NCBI GenBank assembly: GCA_902533295.1
Contig: CACALG010000001.1
Location: forward strand, 19,048 to 83,047
DNA length: 64,000 bases
Source of the DNA: an uncultured marine group III euryarchaeote
GTDB lineage: Archaea; Thermoplasmatota; Poseidoniia; MGIII; CG-Epi1
Direction: 5' to 3'
Shown in pieces: positions 32,306-42,238 of this stretch. The notes beneath the pieces are model-generated. The model was not told the origin of the DNA. It saw only the letters and a list, made by a program, of their open reading frames with translations, and ran no database searches. The translations under genes and the position numbers were made by a program. Each line of letters opens with the position of its first letter. The stretch's first letter is position 1.

Positions 32306-32832
32306 TAATCCACCAAATCAGATATTTTAATTAAACTTCTATAATCCAAATTAAAAGGATTTATCTTTTCTTCAGCACCTTCTTCTCTATCGACAACAAC
32401 CATCACCTGAATAACTTCCACTCCTTCATCTACTAACGATTTAATCGATTCAACGTTAGAGCCACCTGTTGTTGCTACATCATCAACAAGAATTGCTTTA
32501 CCCTCACTTGGCCCTTCAATACGTGAGCCGGTCCCATGTTCACGAGCCGTCTTTCGTATCATTGAATAAGGAATTCCTGTTTCTAAGGAAAGTGCTACTG
32601 CTAAAGGAACAGCTCCTAATTCCATACCTGCTATGAAATCTACTTCATCTGATATGTGTTTAGCGAATTCTTTTGCTATACAGCCTAAAATATCAGGATC
32701 AGTAGATGCCAATTTCATATCTACATAAAACTTGGATTTCTTACCTGATGTCAAAGTAAAATCTCCAAATTTTACAGCTTGACAATCTAACAATTTTTGC
32801 TTTAAGATATCCAATGAGGAAGGGCCCTGCAT
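32305..32832 (-). CDS. pyrE: orotate phosphoribosyltransferase
   Basis: PRPP-binding motif ILVDDVATTGGS; ~175 aa type-I PRTase. Confidence 0.75.
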   Translation of the reverse strand: MQGPSSLDILKQKLLDCQAVKFGDFTLTSGKKSKFYVDMKLASTDPDILGCIAKEFAKHISDEVDFIAGMELGAVPLAVALSLETGIPYSMIRKTAREHGTGSRIEGPSEGKAILVDDVATTGGSNVESIKSLVDEGVEVIQVMVVVDREEGAEEKINPFNLDYRSLIKISDLVD

Positions 32833-32867
32833 ATCTCGTTATAGAATGCCTTAAAAAATTAGTATCC

Positions 32868-33905
32868 CTAATTAAAAACCTTAATAGCAGATGGTAAAAC
32901 CTTGATATCTATTGGAGTTGTCCCCAAATTTTCTCCATCAATATTTATTGAAGTTGGTTCATCTGTCTCAATACGTAATGTCTTGAATCTATAAAATTCT
33001 ACATTAGGATTCCATACATGGGAACCTTGAGCTTTTAATTGATTAAATAACTTGAGAATTTTGAATCTACCGATATGATAAATTATACCAAGATCCATCT
33101 TTCCATCATCAATCTGAGCTTTTGGTGCCAACCTAAGTCTATCACCACCTGTGCATGTATTTTGTATCAAAAGTAAAACAAAATCCGACTCAATGAGATG
33201 TCCATCGATGAAACATTTGGCTTTCCTTACTTTACCTCTTATAATACTAAGAAGGACACCAATATCATACCTTAAGGGTCCAAGGAAGCGCATTTTTTCT
33301 GCTAGGATGTTAGAATCTACACCCAGCCCCCATCCTACAAGATTATGAGAATATCTTAATACTTCCTTATCATCCTCTAAAAAACGAGTTTCAGCAATAT
33401 CCATCAACCTTACTCTTCCTTTAGTAATTCTCTCGACAGCATCCATGTAATCTGATATTTCCATATCATTAGCTTGACTATTTCCAGTTCCTGCAGGAAC
33501 AATAGCTAATGGAATATTGGGAGCCTCTTCTGTACGACTCATAAAACCAGATATGACTTCACAAAAGGTTCCGTCACCTCCAACAGTGACTATTGTATCA
33601 CCATCATTCAAATCTATATTTCTTGCAATTTCTATTGCATGTTCAGGTCTTTCAGTAACATATAATACAACTTCTATTTTGGAATTAGTTAATTCCTCTT
33701 TGACAAAATTGCCTACAGTAATTCCTTTTTTCTTTCCCGAATAAGGATTAACAATGACATGTGCTTTAGTTACATTATACTGCTCTTTGAATTGTAAATT
33801 AGAAAAATGAGAGACTTTATTAGGAGGTGAAAAATATTTGCTACCGAAGAAACCTCTTTGCACTTCTGGCTCTTCAAATATTACTTTCTCAGGGCCTTCA
33901 ACCAT
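32868..33905 (-). CDS. diacylglycerol-kinase-catalytic-domain lipid kinase (YegS/BmrU-like)
   Basis: DAGK_cat motifs: VTVGGDGT and PAGTGN; ~345 aa. Confidence 0.55.
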   Translation of the reverse strand: MVEGPEKVIFEEPEVQRGFFGSKYFSPPNKVSHFSNLQFKEQYNVTKAHVIVNPYSGKKKGITVGNFVKEELTNSKIEVVLYVTERPEHAIEIARNIDLNDGDTIVTVGGDGTFCEVISGFMSRTEEAPNIPLAIVPAGTGNSQANDMEISDYMDAVERITKGRVRLMDIAETRFLEDDKEVLRYSHNLVGWGLGVDSNILAEKMRFLGPLRYDIGVLLSIIRGKVRKAKCFIDGHLIESDFVLLLIQNTCTGGDRLRLAPKAQIDDGKMDLGIIYHIGRFKILKLFNQLKAQGSHVWNPNVEFYRFKTLRIETDEPTSINIDGENLGTTPIDIKVLPSAIKVFN

Positions 33906-33999
33906 TACAAAACTATTGTATTAACCTTTATAAGGTAGCTTCTGTCGAGACAAATACGGGAATGTGGCGAAAGCTGAACCCTAGAAGTGAGGAATCGCG

Positions 34000-34620
34000 A
34001 TGAGTAAATCATTATACAACTACGTAAGAGACCAATGGAAATCTCCATCTGGTGATGTAAAAAAATTACACAAAACAAGGCTAGTGCAGTATCGTGGAGA
34101 AGACGCTACTACTAAAATTGAAAGACCAACCAGAATTGATAGAGCAAGGGCCTTGGGTTATAGGGCAAAACAAGGATATGTTTTAGCACGTACTAGAATA
34201 AGAAGAGGAGGTATGCGAAAGCATGCTATAACTTCTGGCCGTAGAGCAAAGCGTGCGGGTATATCTAAAATAACAATGGGGAAAAATTTGCAAATGATTG
34301 CAGAAGAAAGAACTTCTAAAAAATATCCAAACTTAGAGATATTAAATTCATATTGGGTTGCAGAAGATGGACGTTACAAATGGTATGAAATGATAATGGT
34401 TGATCCAAACCATCCAGTCATAATGGCTGATCCAAAAATAAACTGGATTTGTAATAGAGCTCAAAAAGGAAGAGTTCATAGAGCTTTAACATCTGCAGGG
34501 AAAAAATCTAGAGGATTGATGAATAAAGGTAAGGGTGCTGAAAAATTAAGGCCAAGTCGCCGTAAGCACATGGTAAGAACCAAACAGAGCCGCACACCAC
34601 ACCCTCCAAGAAAAACCTAA
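34000..34620 (+). CDS. rpl15e: 50S ribosomal protein L15e
   Basis: N-terminus MSKSLYNYVRDQWKSP matches L15e family; highly basic, ~200 aa. Confidence 0.85.
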   Translation: MSKSLYNYVRDQWKSPSGDVKKLHKTRLVQYRGEDATTKIERPTRIDRARALGYRAKQGYVLARTRIRRGGMRKHAITSGRRAKRAGISKITMGKNLQMIAEERTSKKYPNLEILNSYWVAEDGRYKWYEMIMVDPNHPVIMADPKINWICNRAQKGRVHRALTSAGKKSRGLMNKGKGAEKLRPSRRKHMVRTKQSRTPHPPRKT

Positions 34621-34660
34621 GGAAGTTGATAAAATCGCCTACAATCGTAAAAATCCATTC

Positions 34661-35770
34661 ATGGCCACTGTAGTGGATGCACACTGCATATCTGAAGGTT
34701 CATACAAAGAAACAAACCACTATGCAGTATCCATAAGAGGAAGTGGAATCAGGTACAAACCTGGAGACTCTATGGGTTTTTATCCTAGTAATGATGAGGA
34801 CTTAGCAAAACAAACACTAAGAGCTATTGGCGCAAAAAAGAACGTTATTGTTGAAACTAAAGAAACTGGGAAAATAGAACTTTTTGATGCATTACTGAAT
34901 CGGTTCACAATTCATAGAGCTGGAAAGAAATTTTTAAGCGCAGTAGTTTCTAAAATGAAAAAAGGAAAAGAGAAAGACGAATTAACCAAAATACTAGAAG
35001 ATCGTGATAAGACTGAAAAATATTTGTTCACAAGAGACTGTATAGATATTCTAAATGAACATCTGGTTCATTTTGAACCACAGGAATTCATAGATACTTT
35101 ATCGCCTATAACTCCAAGATTGTATTCTATTAGTTCTTCACCTAAATTACATCCTGGTGAAATACATTTAACTATTGCAATAGTAAAATACAATAATTTT
35201 GATAGAGATAGATACGGTTTAGCAACAGGTCACTTAGCAAAAGAAGTAGATGTAAATAAAACAAATATTCCCGTCTATGTACAACCAACAAAAGAATTTA
35301 TTCTTCCAAAGGATAAATCTAAAGATATTATTATGGTTGGGCCTGGAACTGGTATTGCACCATTTAGAGCATTTATTGAACACCGGAAAGCTACTGAAGC
35401 AACAGGAAGAAATTGGTTATTCTTCGGTGAAGTAAATCAAGATTCTACCTTCTTTTACAACGATGAATGGGCTGAATACATGAAAGGTGGAAACTTAGAC
35501 AAACTAACTACTGCATTTTCCAGAGATCAAGAAGATAAAATATACGTGCAACATAGATTACTAAGTAATGCTAAGGAAATATGGGAATGGTTAGACAATG
35601 GTGCTTATTTCTATGTTTGTGGTGACAAACAATACATGGCTAAAGATGTTCATAAAGCCTTAATAGAAATTGCTGAGAAAGAAGGTAAAATGAAAAAGAA
35701 AGATGCTGAGAATTACATTAATCAAACATTAATGAAAGATGAACATAGATATCTCAGAGACATTTACTGA
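34661..35770 (+). CDS. FAD/NAD(P)-binding oxidoreductase (FNR-like module of the sulfite reductase flavoprotein CysJ / cytochrome P450 reductase type, without a flavodoxin domain)
   Basis: FAD-binding RLYSISSSP and NAD(P)-binding GPGTGIAPFRAF motifs; C-terminal YVCGD. Confidence 0.65.
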   Translation: MATVVDAHCISEGSYKETNHYAVSIRGSGIRYKPGDSMGFYPSNDEDLAKQTLRAIGAKKNVIVETKETGKIELFDALLNRFTIHRAGKKFLSAVVSKMKKGKEKDELTKILEDRDKTEKYLFTRDCIDILNEHLVHFEPQEFIDTLSPITPRLYSISSSPKLHPGEIHLTIAIVKYNNFDRDRYGLATGHLAKEVDVNKTNIPVYVQPTKEFILPKDKSKDIIMVGPGTGIAPFRAFIEHRKATEATGRNWLFFGEVNQDSTFFYNDEWAEYMKGGNLDKLTTAFSRDQEDKIYVQHRLLSNAKEIWEWLDNGAYFYVCGDKQYMAKDVHKALIEIAEKEGKMKKKDAENYINQTLMKDEHRYLRDIY

Positions 35771-35872
35771 TTTTTTTCTTTTCTTCGTCCATTTAATCAT
35801 TCAAAAGATGTTCATCCTGTTTGGAACAAACCAATAGAGAAGACCAAATAATCTCCTCATAATTATCTACAA

Positions 35873-38437
35873 CTAATCCTTTTCCTTTCCACCCTGCTGA
35901 ATTATTTCACCAGTTTGTGAATCATAAGTATTACCAGTTACTGGATCATATCTAAAACCAGATTGTTTACTTGGAATCTGATTAGTGGAAGAAGTACCTG
36001 TATCATAATCATCAAAATAATCACCACCATCACCTAAGCGACTGTAAGCAAATATTCCAAGGCCTGCAACAGTTAAAACACCTAATGGAATCCAAATCAA
36101 AGGTTGATTAATTAATGAATCTTCTTCTTCTTCTTCCACCTCAATAATTTCTATCTCTTCCTCTACAGCAACCGTAACTTCTGCGGAAACGCGATTATCT
36201 AATTCATTAAACTCATCAATTATATTATCAGGATCAATCACTGCTTCGATGTAATAAAGTCCAGGTTCAGTGGGTTTCCAATAGAAAACTCTCACTTCCT
36301 CACCATTGACACGTCCCAAAGGTTTTGTTTGATATATATCAACTAATTCACCATCAATAAAGAGAGAAATTTCAGCTCCAATACACTCTTCTGAAGAGTT
36401 ATCAAAAGAAATACCAAATGGACATTCACAACAAATTTCAGGACCGAAATTTATAGCACTAATTTCTATCTCCAAAGTTTGATTCAAATATATCATACTT
36501 GGAATGTCTCCCATCTCGACAGATAATTGGAAATTTCGTGGTTTAACATTGATTGATAAATTTATTTTATTATCTGTTAAATTCAAATCTTCAAAGTCGC
36601 TGTTTGTTATCACTGCCTCTATTGTAATATTGTGAAGACCATCCATTGTTGTTGTCCTCCAGAAGACAGTTACAAATCGAATTTCTTCATAAGCTAAATT
36701 TTCTTGGGGAACATTGTAGATTGCATTACCTTCAAAATCATAAGTCTGTACTTCAGGTGAAGTGGAATTATCCAAGTAAACCAATAAATGGAATGATGGA
36801 ATTTTAGCCATATTATTCCTTACCTGAACAACCATTTCAACATTATCTCCACGAAATACAGTATCAACAGCATCAACAGATACTAAGGTCAAATCATAGT
36901 CCGGAGCGGCTACGTTGATTAGCATAGATTTTACATTATTAGAATCATCTAATTCTTCAATCTCCTTCGCTGAATCTGCATGCCCTGCTACGCTTGGTTG
37001 CTGCTCATCCCAAGTATATTCACCCGTAATATTGTAAAATTCCCCTTCATTCAAATTTAGAATCCAAGAATCAATAACTTCTCCATCAATTCTCAACTCA
37101 ATAGGGCAATTAGTGATATCCTGTGCTCCTTTGTTAAAGGCTGTAATTATTATATCCGAAGGCATACCTCTAACAGCTTGACCTACTACTGAAATCTCAT
37201 GGATGGTGATATCTGGTTTAGATTCTAGAACGACTAAGCTAAAAGTAAAATTATTATCTTCTTCATCCCATTCTTCAATTTCATTCAAAGGGTCAATTCT
37301 TATAATAATTGTATGGTTACCGATAATCTCTGTACCAGAACCTGCATCCCATGTTACAGTAGCTGGTTCAGTTGCAGATACTATCTCTTCTCCTACCCTT
37401 GTAGCATTATCCATATTACTAATGATACTATAACCAATTAGTGACTCAGCACCTCCCTCTGGTATATCATAAAACCCTACACGTACATTCTCAGCTCCAA
37501 CAACATAATCATCATTAAAAATATGAACTGTTAATTTAACAGAATGTTGGTCAAATACATCTTCCAACCAAGTGTCATCAGGATTTATTGTAATATTACG
37601 AGATTCATCTAAGGTTAACTCAGGTGTGTGTGCTCTGACTTGAACTGTAGCCTCATAAGTGTTGTCATCTTCCACAAATTCATCAATATCGTCATCAGAA
37701 TCTAGAACAATCGTAATCGTAAATTCTCCTATTCCATCAGGTTGCCATGTTATATTGTACTGACCAGAATCACCAGCCCCAATTATAGTTCTAACTTGGG
37801 GATTAGAAATTGTATTTGTTTGACCATCAAGTGTTTGACGAAATTCAATATTGAAATTTGTACAATCATCACGGCCATTATTATCAAAAAGAACTAAAAT
37901 ATCAACTGAATCTCCCTCTGCGGGATTTTCAGGTGTAAACATGATATTCAATTCCGCAGGTAGTGGTCTAAGATTTGCTAGAGGACCAGGAGGCACAGGA
38001 TATATGGTATATTCATATACGATTTTGTTATTATCTTCATCTGTTTCAATAATCTCGTCATCATAGTCCACAGAGATAGTCAAGACACGATCGCCAAATC
38101 CGCCGCACTCACTTGCACCACAAGTAATATCAATTATCGCAATCCTTTCATTACCAATAACTGGCTCAGTTTGTTCATGGATAGGAATACATTCATCTTC
38201 TGGATCACATTCAGAGGTACTATTCCATACAATAATTTTTACATCAGTAGCAGGATTTATAGGATCATGATTGACAACTTCGAAATATATTTCTAATTCT
38301 TCTCCTTGAAGAGGAAAATCTGGTGAAAACGTAAAATTAACTGGTTCTAGGTCTATAGCTTCGGCATCTCCTGTAAATAAGAACAGAACCAATACAGCCC
38401 CAAAAACGGTCACAATTGCACTCGTCAACCTTTTCAT
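35873..38437 (-). CDS. secreted surface protein (854 aa) with CARDB/Ig-like repeats, a C-terminal TM anchor and a short cytoplasmic tail
   Basis: Signal peptide; repeated acidic beta-rich modules; TM PLIWIPLGVLTVAGLGIFAY near C-terminus. Confidence 0.5.
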   Translation of the reverse strand: MKRLTSAIVTVFGAVLVLFLFTGDAEAIDLEPVNFTFSPDFPLQGEELEIYFEVVNHDPINPATDVKIIVWNSTSECDPEDECIPIHEQTEPVIGNERIAIIDITCGASECGGFGDRVLTISVDYDDEIIETDEDNNKIVYEYTIYPVPPGPLANLRPLPAELNIMFTPENPAEGDSVDILVLFDNNGRDDCTNFNIEFRQTLDGQTNTISNPQVRTIIGAGDSGQYNITWQPDGIGEFTITIVLDSDDDIDEFVEDDNTYEATVQVRAHTPELTLDESRNITINPDDTWLEDVFDQHSVKLTVHIFNDDYVVGAENVRVGFYDIPEGGAESLIGYSIISNMDNATRVGEEIVSATEPATVTWDAGSGTEIIGNHTIIIRIDPLNEIEEWDEEDNNFTFSLVVLESKPDITIHEISVVGQAVRGMPSDIIITAFNKGAQDITNCPIELRIDGEVIDSWILNLNEGEFYNITGEYTWDEQQPSVAGHADSAKEIEELDDSNNVKSMLINVAAPDYDLTLVSVDAVDTVFRGDNVEMVVQVRNNMAKIPSFHLLVYLDNSTSPEVQTYDFEGNAIYNVPQENLAYEEIRFVTVFWRTTTMDGLHNITIEAVITNSDFEDLNLTDNKINLSINVKPRNFQLSVEMGDIPSMIYLNQTLEIEISAINFGPEICCECPFGISFDNSSEECIGAEISLFIDGELVDIYQTKPLGRVNGEEVRVFYWKPTEPGLYYIEAVIDPDNIIDEFNELDNRVSAEVTVAVEEEIEIIEVEEEEEDSLINQPLIWIPLGVLTVAGLGIFAYSRLGDGGDYFDDYDTGTSSTNQIPSKQSGFRYDPVTGNTYDSQTGEIIQQGGKEKD

Positions 38438-38484
38438 TGTTATTACCGTTATAGTTTTGTTATATAAAAGAATGCCAAAAAAGT

Positions 38485-39864
38485 TTGGAAAAAAGAAACG
38501 CAGAGTTTATAATGGGCAGTTTTTGCGAACACATGGACCCAGTAAGTGTGCTTGACTACAGATACGGCACAGAGCAAATGAGAACTATATTTCGTGCTAA
38601 TTCATATTTACAAGCATTACTGGAAGTAGAAGCGACACTTGCCGAAGTACAAGAAGAGAAAGATATAATTCCTAAAGGAACCTCTTCCCAAATCCGTAAT
38701 GGAATCAGTGCAGTAAAACGTGAAAGAGTAGAAGAAATAGAATCTCAAATAAATCATGATGTCATGGCTGTTGTCAAAGCTCTCGAAGAACAATCTGGTG
38801 ATGCAGGGAAATGGATTCATTTTGGAGCAACCAGTTATGATATAGTAGATACTGCAAGAGCTTTACAGCATAAAAGTGCTATTACGTTATTGGAAGTTGC
38901 AATTGATAAATTAATAAATTCTTTAGCTCATTTAGCAAAAGAACATAAAAAAACAGTTATGTTAGGCAGAACACATGGCCAATGGGCAACACCAATTACT
39001 TTCGGCCTAAAAATGGCTGTTTTTACATCTGAACTGAAGAGACACAGAGATAGACTTATTGAATTAAAACCTAGAATATTAACAGGGAAATTTCTGGGTG
39101 CTGTAGGTTCTGGAGCTGCAATGGCACCACATACTCTAGAAGTTCAAAGTGCTATTTGCAAAAAATTAAGTCTCAATGAACCATTAGCTACAACACAAAT
39201 ACTCGGTCGAGATCGAATTGCAGAGTTGATAGCTTGGGGTTCTAATCTAGCAGTAAGTTTAGAAAAATTCACTACAGAAGTACGTAACCTACAAAGAAGT
39301 GATATTGGTGAAGTAGCTGAAGCCTTTGATCGTGAAAAACAGGTTGGATCTTCTACTATGGCTCAAAAAAAGAACCCAATTACATCTGAGAATATTGGCG
39401 GATTAGCAAGAGTTGTTAGATCTATGCTCTATACTTCTTATGAGAATAATTTGCAGTGGCATGAAAGGGATTTAGCCAATTCCAGTGCAGAGAGAATAAT
39501 TTTGCCTCAATTCTACATATTATTAGAATATATTTTAGTCAAATCTGACAATGTTTTCTCAAACCTCTATGTTAATAAAAAAAGGATGAAAGAAAATCTA
39601 GACAATGCTGGTGGTTTACCTATGGCAGAGGCTTTTGTTATCGCACTAGGAAAAACAGATTTAGGAAGACAAGAAGCCCATGAACTCGTCAGAACTATCA
39701 CAATGGAAGCTGAGAAGTCAAATATATCATTTTCTCAAGCAATAGAAGAGAATAAAGAAGTTTTAAATTATTTAAATCAGAAAGAAATAAGTTATTGTTT
39801 AGATCCTCAAAATTACACGGGCCACTCTGAAGAAATCATTGACAAAGTTTTGGGTTCATTATAA
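38485..39864 (+). CDS. purB: adenylosuccinate lyase
   Basis: Fumarate-lyase signature GSSTMAQKKNP; 459 aa. Confidence 0.85.
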   Translation: MEKRNAEFIMGSFCEHMDPVSVLDYRYGTEQMRTIFRANSYLQALLEVEATLAEVQEEKDIIPKGTSSQIRNGISAVKRERVEEIESQINHDVMAVVKALEEQSGDAGKWIHFGATSYDIVDTARALQHKSAITLLEVAIDKLINSLAHLAKEHKKTVMLGRTHGQWATPITFGLKMAVFTSELKRHRDRLIELKPRILTGKFLGAVGSGAAMAPHTLEVQSAICKKLSLNEPLATTQILGRDRIAELIAWGSNLAVSLEKFTTEVRNLQRSDIGEVAEAFDREKQVGSSTMAQKKNPITSENIGGLARVVRSMLYTSYENNLQWHERDLANSSAERIILPQFYILLEYILVKSDNVFSNLYVNKKRMKENLDNAGGLPMAEAFVIALGKTDLGRQEAHELVRTITMEAEKSNISFSQAIEENKEVLNYLNQKEISYCLDPQNYTGHSEEIIDKVLGSL

Positions 39865-40304
39865 TGCAAGGATTTGCAATAAGCAATTTAACGAATAAGA
39901 ATCTTAAACAAAAAGCAAACAAAATTGTACTTGATTTAGTCAAAAAAGGGCTAAAAGTAAAATACAAAATCTTTGGGAAATATATATATTTAGAATCAAA
40001 AAATGAAATAACTCAAAAAAATTTGAATAAAAATATCTATCATGCAAAAATGAGCACAGATAAAAAAGATGAGATTTTCACATCTATAAGTGGGTTAATA
40101 GACGGTACAAAAGAACCTGCAGATTTTGCAGTAAGAGTCAATCGAAAAGGTGAACATAAATACACTTCAACTGAATTAGCTAAAGAAGTAGCCGGGGCTG
40201 CATTTGAAGAATGGCCAAATATTAAAGTAAATCTAGACAAACCCTCATTAGAAATTAATATTCAAATTATTAATAATCGGAGTATTATATACTTAAGAAA
40301 CTAA
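39864..40304 (+). CDS. THUMP-domain-like small protein (putative RNA-binding)
   Basis: C-terminal region FAVRVNRKGEHKYTSTELAKEVAG resembles the THUMP core (fsvrvkRrG.h.ftS.e.a.evG). Confidence 0.35.
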   Translation: MQGFAISNLTNKNLKQKANKIVLDLVKKGLKVKYKIFGKYIYLESKNEITQKNLNKNIYHAKMSTDKKDEIFTSISGLIDGTKEPADFAVRVNRKGEHKYTSTELAKEVAGAAFEEWPNIKVNLDKPSLEINIQIINNRSIIYLRN

Positions 40305-41191
40305 TGGACATTACAATAGTTGGAGCTGGCGCATTGGGGAATATGCTTGCCACTAAACTTTCGAGGAATAACAAAGTAAAGTTAATAGTAAAGTCAAAGC
40401 ATACTGGATTGATTGAAAACCAAGAAATACTATTCAGAGATATTGAAGGAAATATTATAAAATCTAAAATTAAGATAGGGACGAATATAGAAAATTGTGA
40501 TTTAATTATATTATGTGTAAAAAGTTATGATGCAGAAATATTAATACAAGAATTATCTAGATTAGATACTCCAATATTATTATGCCAAAATGGTTTGAAA
40601 ATTATGAATTATGCTTTAAAGAATATAGATGAGAAAAGAATATCATATCTAGTAACTGGTAACGGAATTTCTAAGATAAAAACAGGCATATCTGAACATA
40701 AAGGTCTAGGATTTACTTATTTAGGGAATTTATCTAAATCAAAATCAAATCTCTTGCATAGCATATCTAATAATCTAAAAGAACAAGATATGGATTGTAG
40801 TATTGTAGAAAATATAGAAGAATTTGTATGGCTAAAAACAGTAATCAATAGTGCAATAAACCCAATAGCTACACTGGCTGAAGTAAAAAATGGAAAACTA
40901 GGGAATCCAGAACTTAATGATGAAGTAAAGAAATTGTGTGAAGAGAGTAGTAATATTGCATCATCCAACGGCATTACATTACCATTAGATCCTTGGAGAG
41001 AAATAAACAAGATAATTGAAAAAACCGCTGATAACAAGTGTAGTATGTTACAGGACTTAGAAAACAATCAACAAACTGAAATTGATGCAATCAATGGAGA
41101 ATTGATTAGAATAGGAAAGAAACTCTCCATAAATACAATTTATAATCAGCAAATTTTTTCAGAGATAGAAAAATTATCAGTCTATTCCTAA
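40304..41191 (+). CDS. panE: 2-dehydropantoate 2-reductase (ketopantoate reductase family)
   Basis: N-terminal Rossmann motif IVGAGALG; C-terminal KPR motif SMLQDLENNQQTEIDAINGELI. Confidence 0.6.
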   Translation: MDITIVGAGALGNMLATKLSRNNKVKLIVKSKHTGLIENQEILFRDIEGNIIKSKIKIGTNIENCDLIILCVKSYDAEILIQELSRLDTPILLCQNGLKIMNYALKNIDEKRISYLVTGNGISKIKTGISEHKGLGFTYLGNLSKSKSNLLHSISNNLKEQDMDCSIVENIEEFVWLKTVINSAINPIATLAEVKNGKLGNPELNDEVKKLCEESSNIASSNGITLPLDPWREINKIIEKTADNKCSMLQDLENNQQTEIDAINGELIRIGKKLSINTIYNQQIFSEIEKLSVYS

Positions 41192-42211
41192 TGCTTTATT
41201 TGTCTTCAAAATAGATTTCATATTATCTGCTTCCAGATTAAACATTGCTCTTATAGCATCAATATTTTCAGGTATCACGTCAGATTCTTGATGTATAGCT
41301 TGGTAATAATACAATTTCTTTCCAAATGCATGAACTCCATCTTTCCAGACTGCAATTTGATTTAAGTCCCCTCGAGTATACAATGCGTCACGAGCTAATT
41401 CCATTATCTCTGCTGTACCTGGTAAATTACGTATTTTATTACCATCTGAATTCAAAAATCCTTCTAATAAATTTACACGAGGTGTTGAATCCCACATAGA
41501 TAATATCTCATCAACATCAGGTTCATTATCTAATTCAGCTATAATACAATGAACATGCATAATAGTTGTAGGTACTTTAACTGCCATAGTTTGTATGTTT
41601 ATACCCTCAATAACTGTTTGAACATCAGGGCCATGGTGACTCGGAACTGAAAGAACTGGTTCTATTGAATTCAGGGGGCCTCTATCACTATCTTTAGGAT
41701 CTCCACTTCTTCTAACCATAACTGCTTGGACATTATCAATACCATACTTCTGAAGTACTGGAAATAACGTCCTTGCAAGCCCTGTTGTATTGCAGGAAAC
41801 AACTCTGACAAAATCTTCATTTATAGATGAAGAATAATTTGTTAGAGCGTTAAAACTTACACCGATAGGTGCATGTTTTTCACCACCTTGCCAGATAGCC
41901 TTAGTACCTGCTTTTTTGTACATTTCCATATTATTTACACCTAATTTTCCAGGTGTACAATCTATGATAACATCCGAAATTTTGACTAAGTCTTCTGTCA
42001 CACCAGAAACTTCCACGCCTTTTTCCTCAAAGAACGGTATTTTTGATTTTGTAGAAGCAAAAACTGGAAAACCAGCATCGAGAGCTCCTCTTAATTCATA
42101 TGTTGGTTTTGTTTTAACTATACCAACTATTTCCATGTCATCTTGAAGTGTAACAGCTTCAGCAACACGCTTTCCAATCGTGCCATAGCCATTGATCCCA
42201 ACCTTAATCAT
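41177..42211 (-). CDS. gap: glyceraldehyde-3-phosphate dehydrogenase, archaeal type
   Basis: Archaeal GAPDH active-site motif VSCNTTGL; N-terminal Rossmann motif GINGYGTIG. Confidence 0.85.
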   Translation of the reverse strand: MIKVGINGYGTIGKRVAEAVTLQDDMEIVGIVKTKPTYELRGALDAGFPVFASTKSKIPFFEEKGVEVSGVTEDLVKISDVIIDCTPGKLGVNNMEMYKKAGTKAIWQGGEKHAPIGVSFNALTNYSSSINEDFVRVVSCNTTGLARTLFPVLQKYGIDNVQAVMVRRSGDPKDSDRGPLNSIEPVLSVPSHHGPDVQTVIEGINIQTMAVKVPTTIMHVHCIIAELDNEPDVDEILSMWDSTPRVNLLEGFLNSDGNKIRNLPGTAEIMELARDALYTRGDLNQIAVWKDGVHAFGKKLYYYQAIHQESDVIPENIDAIRAMFNLEADNMKSILKTNKALGID

Positions 42212-42238
42212 ATTTCTTTATTTGATAGTGCTATTTAA

